NCBI GenBank assembly: GCA_002269645.1
Contig: NIVC01000493.1
Coordinates: forward strand, 506,297 to 570,296
Reading direction: 5' to 3'
Length of the DNA stretch: 64,000 nt
Origin: Macrostomum lignano
Taxonomy: Eukaryota
Part shown: positions 53,201 through 64,000 of the stretch, piece by piece
Position numbering within the stretch: the stretch's first letter is position 1
How the letters are laid out: every line of letters starts with the position of its first letter
Made by a program: the position numbers and the translations under genes
Notes under the pieces: generated by a model
Seen by the model: the letters and a program-made list of their open reading frames with translations, nothing else
What the model was told of the DNA's origin: nothing
Databases searched by the model: none

Positions 53201-56044
53201 CGTGTCCAGCATTGACGGAGTCGAGCTGCCGCACTGGCCCGACTGCATCAGCCGGGTCTATACTTACAGGCAGATGTGGCGCGTGTTCGACAGGGGGCTG
53301 GCCTCCTTCATGTACAGCCACATCTACATCCCCATGGGAGGCAGTCGGCACGGCATTGTGAGACAGGTAGCTGCTGTGGCTGCCAGCTTCGCCTTTGTCT
53401 CCATCTACCACGGCGACTCGACCAGCGTCCGCATCTGGGCTGCGCTGAACGCACTGCAGCTGCTTCTGGAGACCCTGGCCTGCGCTTTCTATGAGAGGAA
53501 GTTGAAGACGTGGCTGGTGAGTCCGGGGATCAGAGTGACTGACCCAGAGTGAGCTCCGGGTGACTGACCCAGAGTGAGCTCCGAGTGACTGATCTAGAGT
53601 GAGCTCTGAGTGACTGACCCAGAGTGAGCTCCGAGTGACTGACCCCAGAGTGAGCTCCGAGTGACTGATCTAGAGTGAGCTCTGAGTGACTGACCCAGAG
53701 TGAGCTCCGAGTGACTGACCCCAGAGTGAGCTCCGAGTGACTGATCTAGAGTGAGCTCTGAGTGACTGACCCAGAGTGAGCTCCGAGTGACTGACCCCAG
53801 AGTGAGCTCCGATTGACTGACCCAGAGTGAGCTCTGAGTGACTGATCTAGAGTGAGCTCCGAGTGACTGACCCAGAGTGAGCTCCGAGTGACTGACCCAG
53901 AGTGAGCTCTGAGTGACTGATCTAGAGTGAGCTCTGAGTGACTGAACCAGAGTGACCTCCGAGTGACTGACCCAGAGTGAGCTCCGAGTGACTGACCCAG
54001 AGTGAGCTCCGAGTGACTGATCTAGAGTGAGTTCTGAGTGACTGACCCAGAGTGAGCTCCGAGTGACTGACCCAGAGTGAGCTCCGAGTGACTGACCCAG
54101 AGTGAGCTCTGAGTGACTGATCTAGAGTGAGCTCTGAGTGACTGAACCAGAGTGAGCTCCGAGTGACTGACCCAGAGTGAGCTCCGAGTGACTGATCTAG
54201 AGTGAGCTCCGAGTGACTGACCCAGAGTGAGCTCCGAGTGACTGACCCAGAGTGATCTCCGAGTGACTGACCCAGAGTGAGCTCCGAGTGACTGACCCAG
54301 AGTGAGCTCCGGGTGACTGACCCAGAGTGAGCTCCGAGTGACTGATCTAGAGTGAGCTCCGAGTGACTGACCCAGAGTGAGCTCCGAGTGACTGACCCAG
54401 AGTGAGCTCCGGGTGACTGACCCAGAGTGATCTCCGAGTGACTGACCCAGAGTGAGCTCCGAGTGACTGACCCAGAGTGATCTCCGAGTGACTGACCCAG
54501 AGTGAGCTCCGAGTGACTGAACCAGAGTGAGCTCCGAGTGACTGATCCAGAGTGAGCTCCGAGTGACTGACCCAGAGTGAGCTCCGGGTGACTGACCCAG
54601 AGTGAGCTCCGAGTGACTGATCTAGAGTGAGCTCTAAGTGACTGACCCCAGAGTGAGCTCCGGGTGACTGACCCAGAGTGAGCTCCGAGTGACTGATCTA
54701 GAGTGAGCTCCGAGTGACTGACCCAGAGTGAGCTCCGAGTGACTGACCCAGAGTGAGCTCCGAGTGACTGACCCAGAGTGAGCTCTGAGTGACTGACCCA
54801 GAGTGACCTCCGAGTGACTGACCCAGAGTGAGCTCCGAGTGACTGACCCAGAGTGATCTCCGAGTGACTGACCCAGAGTGAGCTCCGAGTGACTGATCCA
54901 GAGTGATCTCGAACTCACTTTGACCTTCTTGTGTGTCCGAGAACAGAGTTTGAAGGAAGAGTAGTTAACACAACACCCCGTTTATGATGTCATTCAGTCT
55001 GAAAACTTTTCCCCGCAACAATCCTGCACAAATATTTCAGAATTTGATCCTCAGCCCCAACAATCACCAGCGGTTGGTTGCTTACGTCATTGGCTGCAAT
55101 TTGGTCCTGACTTCCTGCTTTATATTTGTCTTCCTGACCGGCAAGCACCCGGCTGTTCATCTCATGGTGGAGATTTTTAAACCTCTTTTTCTATACAGTA
55201 AGAATGTCGCACGATAGTAATTTGGCCTTTTTATTCATTAATATCACTGTCAACCCTTCCCGTCTCTCCCAACCCCTTCCTGTCTCTCTCACCCCTTCCT
55301 GTCTCTCTCACCCCTTCCTGTCTCTCCCAACCCCTTCCTGTCTCTCTCACCCCTTCCTGTCTCTCCCAACCCCTTCCTGTCTCTCTCACCCCTTCCTGTC
55401 TCTCCCAACCCCTTCCTGTCTCTCTCACCCCTTCCTGTCTCTCTCACCCCTTCCTGTCTCTCCCAACCCCTTCCTGTCTCTCTCACCCCTTCCTGTCTCT
55501 CCCAACCCTTCCTGTCTCTCTCACCCCTTCCTGTCTCTCCCAACCCCTTCCTGTCTCTCTCACTCCTTCTTGTCTCTCCCAACCCCTTCCTGTCTCTCTC
55601 ACCCCTTCCTGTCTCTCACCCTTTCTCGTCTCTCTCACCCCTTCCTGTCTCTCTAACCCCTTCCTGTCCTTCATCCTTCCTGTCTATCTCACCCTTTCCA
55701 GTCTCTCACCCCTTCCTGTCTCTCACCCCTTCCTGTCTCTCACCCCTTCCTGTCTCTCACCCCTTCCTGTCTCTCACCCCTTCCTGTCTCTCACCCCTTC
55801 CTGTCTCTCACCCCTTCCTGTCTCTCAACCCTTCCTGTCTCTCCAAACCCCTTCCTGTCTTTCTCTCAAGCCATTCCTGTCTCTCTCAAAGAAGATGAAA
55901 AGTAAGCAAAACAAATACACTTTCGCAGGACCTTGGTGGCATCTGCAGGTGGTCCTGGCCTTGTCCTATTGCTGTGTACAGATCTCACTGTGGTATGAGA
56001 GTCGAACCGCGAATTCTGGGAAGGAGGCGAAGAAAGTCAGTTAA
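50298..56044 (+). CDS. HHAT: Hedgehog acyltransferase-like MBOAT protein (HHAT/Rasp)
   Basis: Phase-consistent exons 50298-50484, 50859-50905, 50989-51105, 52506-53516, 55041-55197, 55929-56044. Motifs RCISAGL, FYLPWHFSGPILTFADF, PDCIS, MWRVFDRGL (catalytic Asp), YIPMGG, SIYHG (catalytic His), C-terminal PWWHL..YCC. Confidence 0.9.
50528..50775 (-). mobile_element. Short retroposed element, copy 2, in HHAT intron 1
   Basis: 10-bp TSD GGCCATAGAC (50518-50527 and 50776-50785), ATT-type tail at the low-coordinate end, homology to 31670-31812. Confidence 0.75.
51155..52440. repeat. Intronic minisatellite, 31-34 bp unit GAGTGACAGTGACAGAGTGATCAGTCAGGAG
   Basis: Degenerate tandem array filling HHAT intron 3. 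Confidence 0.93.
53525..54905. repeat. Intronic 25-bp minisatellite GAGTGACTGACCCAGAGTGAGCTCC, about 55 copies
   Basis: Tandem array filling HHAT intron 4 from the donor onward. Confidence 0.96.
55245..55870. repeat. Minisatellite CCCTTCCTGTCTCTC(TCAC/CCAAC)C in HHAT intron 5
   Basis: Reverse complement of the arrays at 56225-56715 and 63225-64000. Confidence 0.93.
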
Positions 56045-56224
56045 ATTGAGAATGAATTTACTGATTCGTGAACTAAAATTGACAAGATTAACTTCTGAGA
56101 GCTGAACAAATTTAACTTGCAATTGTGCTTCTTTGAGATCTTGCTTTTAAATTTGGTGGCGGTTCAGCTTCGGGGGGCAATGACCCAGCTTCTCAGAGAA
56201 GAAGGGGTATGTGAAAGAAAGGAA

Positions 56225-56715
56225 AGAGACGAGACAGGCAGGAAGAGGTTGACAGAGACAGGAAGGGGTGAGAGAGACAGGAAGGGGTTTGGAGAGACAG
56301 GAAGGGTTTGGAGAGACAGGAAGGGGTTTGGAGAGACAGGAAGGGGTTTGGAGAGACAGGAAGGGGTTTGGAGAGACAGGAAGGGGTTTGGAGATACAGG
56401 AAGGGGTTTGGAGAGACAGGGAGGGGTTTAGAGAGACAGGAAGGGGTTTGGAGAGACAGGAAGGGGTTTGGAGAGACAGGAAGGGGGTTGGAGATACAGG
56501 AAGGGTTGAGAGAGACAGTAAGGGGTTTGGAGATACAGGAAGGGGTTTAGAGAGACAGGAAGGGGTTTGGAGAGACAGGAAGGGGTTTGGAGAGACAGGA
56601 AGGGGTTTGGAGAGACAGGAAGGGGTTTGGAGAGACAGGGAGGGGTTGGGAGAGACAGGAAGGGGCTGGAGAGACAGGAAGGGGCCGGAGAGACAGGCAG
56701 GGGTCGGTTGAGACA
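56225..56715. repeat. Minisatellite GGAAGGGGTTTGGAGAGACA downstream of the HHAT stop codon
   Basis: Tandem units of about 21 bp, located before a candidate AATAAA at 57034-57039. Confidence 0.93.
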
Positions 56716-57109
56716 GGACTACCGTTTTGCTGTTTATGCAAATTAGGTTAAAGTACAAGGACAAAATTCTCGATATGTTTCTTACTTACTACTTTAACAA
56801 TCCATATTGTCGCATGTGCAGTAGTATATGTATGCAGTATGATAGTTCTCCACGTATTTTAATGGTGTGATTGAATGATGTGATGTATTTTAATGGTCAG
56901 CTGATCTTTGCTATTGTAATTTCTATTTGTTTCTCGACATTTTAAGCTGCTCTCAGTTTTAAGAACTTTGTAATGTATCTGTCATTACATTTTTTATCCT
57001 ACACTTACTAATTGGACTGGAATGATGTCAGTAAATAAACTTAGTTATAGACTAGCAATCAGAGCCCCACCCGTTGGGGAGGGAACAAAGAATGAAATAA
57101 AATTTTGAA

Positions 57110-58800
57110 CTCCTCACCTCCTCATTTCTCACCTTAGTGTTCACTTCTCACCTGAGTGTCCACTCCTCACCTGAGTGTCCACTCCTCACCCGAGTGTCCA
57201 CTCCTCACCTGAGTGTCCACTTCTCACCTGAGTGTCCACTTCTCTCCTGAGTGTCCACTCCTCACCCGAGTGTCCACTCCTCACCTGAATATCCACTCCT
57301 CACCTGAGTGTCCACTCCTCACCCGAGTGTCCACTCCTCACCTGAGTGTCCACTCCTCACCCGAGTGTCCACTCCTCACCTGAGTGTCCACTTCTCACCT
57401 GAGTGTCCACTCCTCACCTGAGTGTCCACTCCTCACCTGAGTGTCCACTCCTCACCTGAGTGTCCACTCCTCACCTGAGGGTCCACTTCTCTCCTGAGTG
57501 TCCACTATTCACCTGAGTGTCCACTTCTCACCTGAGTGTCCACTCCTCACCTGAGTGTCCACTTCTCACCTGAGTGTCCACTATTCACCTGAGTGTCCAC
57601 TTCTCTCCTGAGTATCCACTCCTCACCTGAGTGTCCACTCCTCACCTAAGTGTCCACTCCTAACCTGAGTGTCCACTCCTCACCTGAGTGTCCACTTCTC
57701 TCCTGAGTGTCCACTTCTCACCTGAGTGTCCACTCCTAACCTGAGTGTCCACTCCTCACCTGAGTGTCCACTCCTCACCTGAATATCCACTCCTCACCTG
57801 AGTGTCCACTCCTCACCTGAGTGTCCACTTCTCACCTGAGTGTCCACTCCTCACCTGAGTGTCCACTCAACACCTGAGTGTCCACTTCTCACCTGAGTGT
57901 CCACTCCTCACCTGAGTGTCCACTTCTCTCCTGAGTGTCCACTTCTCACCTGAGTGTCCACTCCTAACCTGAGTGTCCACTCCTCACCTGAGTGTCCACT
58001 CCTCACCTGAGTGTCCACTCCTCACCTGAGTGTCCACTCCTAACCTGAGTGTCCACTTCTCACCTGAGTGTCCACTCCTCACCTGAGTGTCCACTCCTCA
58101 CCTGAGTGTCCACTTCTCACCTGAGTGTCCACTCCACACCTGAGTGTCCACTTCTCACCTGAGTGTCCACTTCTCACCTGAGTGTCCACTCCTCACCTGA
58201 GTGTCCACTTCTCACCTGAGTGTCCACTCCTCACCTGAGTGTCCACTCCTCACCTGAGTGTCCACTTCTCACCTGAGTGTCCACTCCTCACCCGAGTGTC
58301 CACTCCTCACCTGAGTGTCCACTCCTCACCTGAGTATCCACTCCACACCTGAGTGTCCACTTCTCACCTGAGTGTCCACTCCACACCTGAGTGTCCACTT
58401 CTCACCTGAGTGTCCACTCCTCACCTGAGTGTCCACTCCTCACCTGAGTGTCCACTCCTCGCCTGAGTGTCCACTCCTCACCTGAATGTCCACTTCTCAC
58501 CTGAGTGTCCACTTCTCACCTGAGTGTCCACTTCTCACCTGAGTGTCCACTTCTCTCCTGAGTGTCCACTTCTCACTTGAGTGTCCACTCCACACCTGAG
58601 TGTCCACTTCTCTCCTGAGTGTCCACTATTCACCTGAGTGTCCACTCCACACCTGAGTGTCCACTTCTCACCTGAGTGTCCACTATTCACCTGAGTGTCC
58701 ACTTCTCACCTGAGTATCCACTCCTCACCTGAGTGTCCACTTCTCTCCTGAGTGTCCACTATTCACCTGAGTGTCCACTTCTCACCTGAGTGTCCACTTC
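57110..58800. repeat. 19-bp minisatellite CTCACCTGAGTGTCCACTC, about 88 copies
   Basis: Tandem periodicity with point variants. Confidence 0.96.
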
Positions 58801-59099
58801 CATCCTTTAATTTTCTTCCATTGACAGAAATGATGAGAGCGGGAAATTATTATTTGGGAGAAAAACGATGAGCTATGATAAATTAGGGTGAGTATAATCA
58901 GCCCGTGGACAACTAGCAGGTCTCCACAGCAGTGGCACAGTTTTCGCAGTTTAATTCAACCGATCAATTTCAGACACCGAAGTGTCAACTGCAGGCAATT
59001 GGGTGCCAGCATTGTTTGCCAAAGCTAGAAGATTGATAGAGGCGATTCGAGAAATTAAAAGGAGCTGCGTCTGCTTCGGTGAAGGACCAAAAGGTGGAA

Positions 59100-60690
59100 A
59101 AGGAAAGCATGAGAGGAAGAGAGAGAGAGGAAGTTAGAGAGAGGAAGGGAGAGAGAGGAAGGGATAGAGGAAGGGAGAGAGAGAGAAAGGGAGAGAGAGG
59201 AAGGGAGAGAGAGGAAGGGAGAGAGAGGAAGGGAGAGAGGAAGGGAGAGAGAGGAAGGGAGAGAGGAAAGGAAAGAGAGAAAGGGAGAGAGGAAGGGAGA
59301 GAGAGAAAGGGAGAGAGAGGAACGGAAAGAGAGGAAGGGAGAGAGGAAGGGAGAGAGAGGAAGGGAGAGAGGAAAGGAGAGAGAGAAAGGGAGAGAGGAA
59401 GGGAGAGAGAGAAAGGGAGAGAGAGGAAGGGAGAGAGAGGAAGGGAGAGAGAGGAAGGGAGAGAGAGGAAGGGAGAGAGAGGAAGGGAGAGAGAGGAAGG
59501 GAGAGAGAGGAAGGGAGAGAGAGGAAGGGAGAGAGAGGAAGGGAGAGAGGAAGGGAGAGAGGAAGGGAGAGAGGAAGGGAGAGAGGAAGGGAGAGAGAGG
59601 AAGGGAGAGAGAGGAAGGGAGAGAGGAAGGGAGAGAGAGGAAAGGAGAGAGAGAAAGGGAGAGAGAGAGGAAGGGAGAGAGAGAGAGGAAGAGAGAGAGG
59701 AAGGGAGAGAGAGGAAGGGAGAGAGGAAAGGAGAGAGAGAAAGGGAGAGAGAGGAAGGGAGAGAGAGGAAGGGAGAGAGAGGAAGGGAGAGAGAGGAAGG
59801 GAGAGAGAGGAAGGGAGAGAGAGGAAGGGAGAGAGGAAGGGAGAGAGAGGAAGGGAGAGAGAGGAAGGGAGAGAGAGGAAGGGAGAGAGAGGAAGGGAGA
59901 GAGGAAGGGAGAGAGAGGAAAGGAGAGAGAGAAAGGGAGAGAGAGAGGAAGGGAGAGAGAGAAAGAGAGATAGGAAGGGAGAGAGAGAAAGAGAGAGAGG
60001 AAGGGAGAGAGAGGAAGGGAGAGAGAGGAAGGGAGAGAGAAAGGGAGAGAGAGAGGAAGGGAGAGAGAGAAAGGGAGAGAGAGGAAGGGAGAGAGAGGAA
60101 GGGAGAGAGAAAGGGAGAGAGAGAGGAAGGGAGAGAGAGAAAGGGAGAGAGAGGAAGGGAGAGAGAGGAAGGGAGAGAGAGGAAGGGAGAGAGAGGAAGG
60201 GAGAGAGAGGAAGGGAGAGAGAGGAAGGGAGAGAGAGAAAGGGAGAGAGAGAGGAAGGGAGAGAGAGAAAGGGAGAGAGAGAGGAATGGAGAGAGGAAGG
60301 GAGAGAGAGGAAGGGAGAGAGAGGAAGGGAGAGAGGAAGGGAGAGAGAGAAAGGGAGAGAGAGAGGAAGGGAGAGAGAGGAAGGGAGAGAGGAAGGGAGA
60401 GAGAGGAAGGGAGAGAGGAAAGGAGAGAGAAAGGGAGAGAGGAAGGGAGAGAGAGAAAGGGAGAGAGAGGAAGGGAGAGAGAGGAAGGGAGAGAGAGGAA
60501 GGGAGAGAGAGGAAGGGAGAGAGAGAAAGGGAGAGAGGAAGGGAGAGAGAGGAAGGGAGAGAGAGAAAGGGAGAGAGAGGAAGGGAGAGAGAGAGAAAGG
60601 GAGAGAGGAAGGGAGAGAGAGAAAGGGAGAGAGAGGAAGGGAAAGAGGAAAGGAGAGAGAGAAAGGGAGAGAGAGGAAGGGAGAGACAGA
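59100..60690. repeat. Homopurine satellite (GAGGAAGGGAGA, 12-14 bp units)
   Basis: About 1.6 kb of almost pure G/A. Confidence 0.96.
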
Positions 60691-61309
60691 AAAGTGAAGA
60701 CAAAATAGACAGAAGACAAGACTGCGGGAGACTGGATGTACTAGATGAAGAAAGGCCATTAATTGCAGGACGAATTCAGCAAGATAGCGCTAAGATAGGC
60801 AGCGAATCCTGCGCAACCCAAAAAGTGTACAGTTTGTCCGCTCTAAATTGCGCTGCTTATGTAGATAACGCCGCAAAGAATTCTTTAGCAACGCAGCAAA
60901 AGCGAACAGCTAGACAGCTACAGTGCACAGAATATATTTATAACTAAAGTGAAACAAAATCCCCCAAGCTCTGTGCATAATCGGTGCGTTTTCACCAGTT
61001 AACTGCATGACCTCGATACGGAGAAATCGATGAAAGCCCCACCTATGAGGAGGGAGGGGTGAAAGTGTTGGGGTAGATCTGTGGGATTCTTGTCCACGGG
61101 TTGGGTCCTTAATTTATGGTTAAGGGTCCGGGAAATGAGCGGAATTCAGCGACCTCCCCCCTCTCCTCCCCGTGCCCCATGCCGCCAACAGGGAACTGGG
61201 CTAGGAGAGGAAGCAAGGTATGAGGACCGCTCTGTCACGGTGACTGGCAGAGCATGACTTGGCTTGGGACAACTCGTTTCCTTGGCGAAGGAAAAGTTAA
61301 AAACCAGAT

Positions 61310-62590
61310 GAAGGAAGGGAAGACTGAAAAGAGGTAGAAGAGGGGGAAGAGAGGGCAAAGAGGACAAAAAGGACAAAGAGGGAAAGGAGGGAAAGGAGAG
61401 GGGGCAAGAGGGAGAAGATGGAGAAGCAAGAGAAGAGAAGGAAGAGGAGGAAGAGAGAAGAGGGGGAAGGGGCTATAGGGAGAAGAGGGAGAAGAGGGGG
61501 AAGAGGGGGAAGAGGGGGAAGAGGGGAAGAGAGAGAGAGGGAGAAGAGGGAGAAGAGGGAGAAGAGGAGAAGAGGGGGAAGAGGGAGAAGAGGGGGAAGA
61601 GGGAGAAGAAATAGAAGAGGGAGAAGAGAGAGAAGAGGGAGGAGAGGGCAAAGAGGGGAAGAGGGAGAAGAGGGAGAAAAGGGAGAAGAGGGAGAAGAGG
61701 GGGAAGAGGGAGAAGAAATAGAAGAGGGAGAAGAGGGAGGAGAGGGCAAAGAGGGGGAAGAGGGAGAAGAGAGAGAAGAGGGAGAAGAGAGAGAAGAGGG
61801 AGGAGAGGGCAAAGAGGGGGAAGAGGGAGAAGAGAGAGAAGAGGGAGAAGAGGGCAAAGAGGGGGAAGAGGGCAAAGAGGGGGAAGAGGGGGAAGAGACA
61901 GAAGAGGGGAAGAGGGGGAAGAGGGGGAAGAAGGAGAAGAGGGAGAAGAGGGAGAAGAGGAGAAGAGGGGAAGAGGGAGAAGAAATAGAAGAGGGAGAAG
62001 AGAGAGAAGAGGGAGGAGAGGGCAAAGAGGGAGAAGAGGGAGAAGAGGGAGAAAAGGGAGAAGAGGGAGAAGAGGGGGAAGAGGGAGAAGAAATAGAAGA
62101 GGGAGAAGAGAGAGAAGAGGGAGGAGAGGGCAAAGAGGGGGAAGAGGGAGAAGAGAGAGAAGAGGGAGAAGAGAGAGAAGAGGGAGGAGAGGGCAAAGAG
62201 GGGGAAGAGGGCAAAGAGGGGGAAGAGGGGGAAGAGACAGAAGAGGGGGAAGAAGGAGAAGAGGGAGAAGAGAGAGAAGAGGGAGAAGAGAGAGAATAGG
62301 GCGAAGAGAGAGAAGAGGGCGAAGAGGAAAAGAGGGAGAAGCGGGAGAAGAGAGAGAAGAGGGAGGAGAGAGAAGAGGGAGAAGAGGGAGAAGAGTGGGA
62401 AGAGAGAGAAGAGGGCAAAGAGTGGGAAGAGAGAGAAGAGAGAGAAGAGAAAGAAGAGGAGAAGAGGGAGAAGAGGGAGAAGAGGGCAAAGAGTGGGAAG
62501 AGAGAGAAGAGGGCAAAGAGTGGGAAGAGAGAGAAGAGAAAGAAGAGGGAGAAGAGGGCAGAGAAAGAGAAAAAACAGAGAAGAGGAGAG
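61310..62590. repeat. Homopurine satellite (GAAGAGGGA-type 9-mers with higher-order blocks)
   Basis: Tandem G/A periodicity. Confidence 0.93.
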
Positions 62591-63224
62591 AGTAGCGGTC
62601 GTTTTTTTAAATCAGACAAAAAATACTTCAAAACAAAAGTGGAATTTTTGTTTGAATGCTTCTTTGTATTGTTAGAATTTAAATTTCTAAAGTTTCGGCT
62701 TTCTGTACGCACATTTCAAAGCGCCAGCTAACAAGAGTGCCGGGGCAAGAGCTGCTGAAGCTGTTGGATGGGGAAGGCCGTGCAAAATTCGGCGGCAGTG
62801 CATGTGGGTTCTGTGCGGCATGTGCGGTCTCTGGTCAGCTACGCCGAAATTCGAATATCTACTCAACTTAAGACAGCTTGAGAAAATATTGTTAAAACAA
62901 TTGCAGCAATTCAAACAGACATTTTTATTAAGCGAGGCCTAAATAAAAAACATGTCGAACTCCATACTATGACATTGTTTGTAACTTTAGTTTTAAGAAG
63001 ATTAGATGGATTCGACTGAAAATAACAAACAAAATTACGCGGGGCACACGAAAAATTGATAAACGAATGAGATTGTTTATTAGTAGCTAAGTATGCATAG
63101 CATTTTAATAACTAAGTGTCAGTCTAAACACAATAGTGGTCAGGCCAATCTTTTTCGCGTTCCAACTTTTCAACTCGATTTTGTTAGCCGGCAGCTCGTT
63201 GGGTTGAGAAATTGCTTTTAGTGC

Positions 63225-64000
63225 GTTGGGGCAGAGAGACAGGAAGGGGTTGAGGAGACAGGAAGGGGTTGAGGGAGACATGAAGGATTTGAGAGAGACG
63301 GGAAGGAATTGGGAGAGACAGAAAGGGGTGAGAGAGACAGGAAGGGTTGGGAGAGACAGGAAGGGGTTGGGAGAGACAGGAAGGGGTGAGAGAGACAGGA
63401 AGGGGTTGGGGAGACAGGAAGGGGTGAGAGAGACAGGAAGGGGTTGGGAGAGACAGTAAGGGGTGAGAGAGACAGGAAGGGGTTGGGAGAGACAGGAAGG
63501 GGTTGGAGAGACAGGAAGGGGTTGGGAGAGACAGGAAGGGGTGAGAGAGACAGGAAGGGGTTGGGAGAGACAGGAAGGGGTGAGAGAGACAGGAAGGGGT
63601 TGGGAGAGACAGGAAGGGGTTGAGGAAGACAGGAAAGGGTTGAGGAAGACAGGAAGGGGTTGGGAGAGACAGGAAGGGGTTGGGAGAGACAGGAAGGGTG
63701 AGAGAGACAGGAAGGGGTTGGGAGAGACAGGAAGGGGTGAGAGAGACAGGAAGGGGTTGGGAGAGACAGGAAGGGGTTTGGAGAGACAGGAAGGGGTTTG
63801 GAGAGACAGAAAGGGGTTTGGAGAGACAGGAAGGGGTTTGGAGAGACAGGAAGGGGTTGAGGGAGACAGGAAGGATTTGGAAGAGACAGGGGATTGAGAG
63901 AGACAGGAAGGGGTTAGGAGAGACAGGAAGGGGTTAGGAGAGACAGGAAGGGGTTGAGGGAGACAGGAAGGATTTGGGAGAGACAGGAAGGGATTGAGGG
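63225..64000. repeat. Minisatellite GGAAGGGGT(TGG/GA)GAGAGACA running off the window
   Basis: Same family as 55245-55870 (inverted) and 56225-56715 (direct). Confidence 0.93.

Noticed and set aside
45220-56044. Globin next to the haem-binding HHAT as a functional haem cluster
   Set aside because: Adjacency alone is not evidence in an animal genome; no shared regulatory element is visible.
58975-60947. Possible plus-strand exons at about 58976-59080 and 60776-60947
   Set aside because: Splice phases are compatible, but there is no recognisable domain, start exon or codon-bias support.
62687-62914. Short ORFs on both strands between satellites
   Set aside because: No recognisable motif or gene context.

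Overview
Eukaryotic (animal) genomic DNA. GC-rich, intron-containing genes are separated by many private mini- and microsatellites. The style resembles a free-living flatworm such as Macrostomum, but that is an inference. Gene order: 3' part of sp6-9 (+, 2-787); a KNDC1/very-KIND-like KIND-KIND-RasGEF gene (-, 12270-3388, 12 exons) with two identical intronic tRNA-Val(AAC) genes; an anion-selective Cys-loop receptor subunit (-, 23603-14113, 11 exons) whose intron 2 holds an internally deleted Ty3/Gypsy LTR element (19156-21726, 5-bp TSD); a cut/Cux homeobox gene (-, 34893-27218) with an apparent 1-nt frame break between CUT2 and CUT3; LINE relics; an intronless DUF4787-like gene at the head of a strongly CpG-depleted AT-rich island (about 39.1-43.7 kb); a 3-exon globin (+, 45220-48686); and a Hedgehog acyltransferase-like MBOAT gene (+, 50298-56044). 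The last 7 kb is mostly satellite. Exon models were built by hand from splice sites and reading-frame continuity. Family names come from motif recall, not database searches. Most long ORFs in the supplied track are repeat artefacts. No CRISPR array or prokaryotic system is supported. The strongest leads are an inverted minisatellite pair bracketing the last HHAT exon, the CpG-depleted island, a cluster of CUT-type binding sites upstream of the cut gene, and an NF-Y/Sp-site array behind sp6-9.
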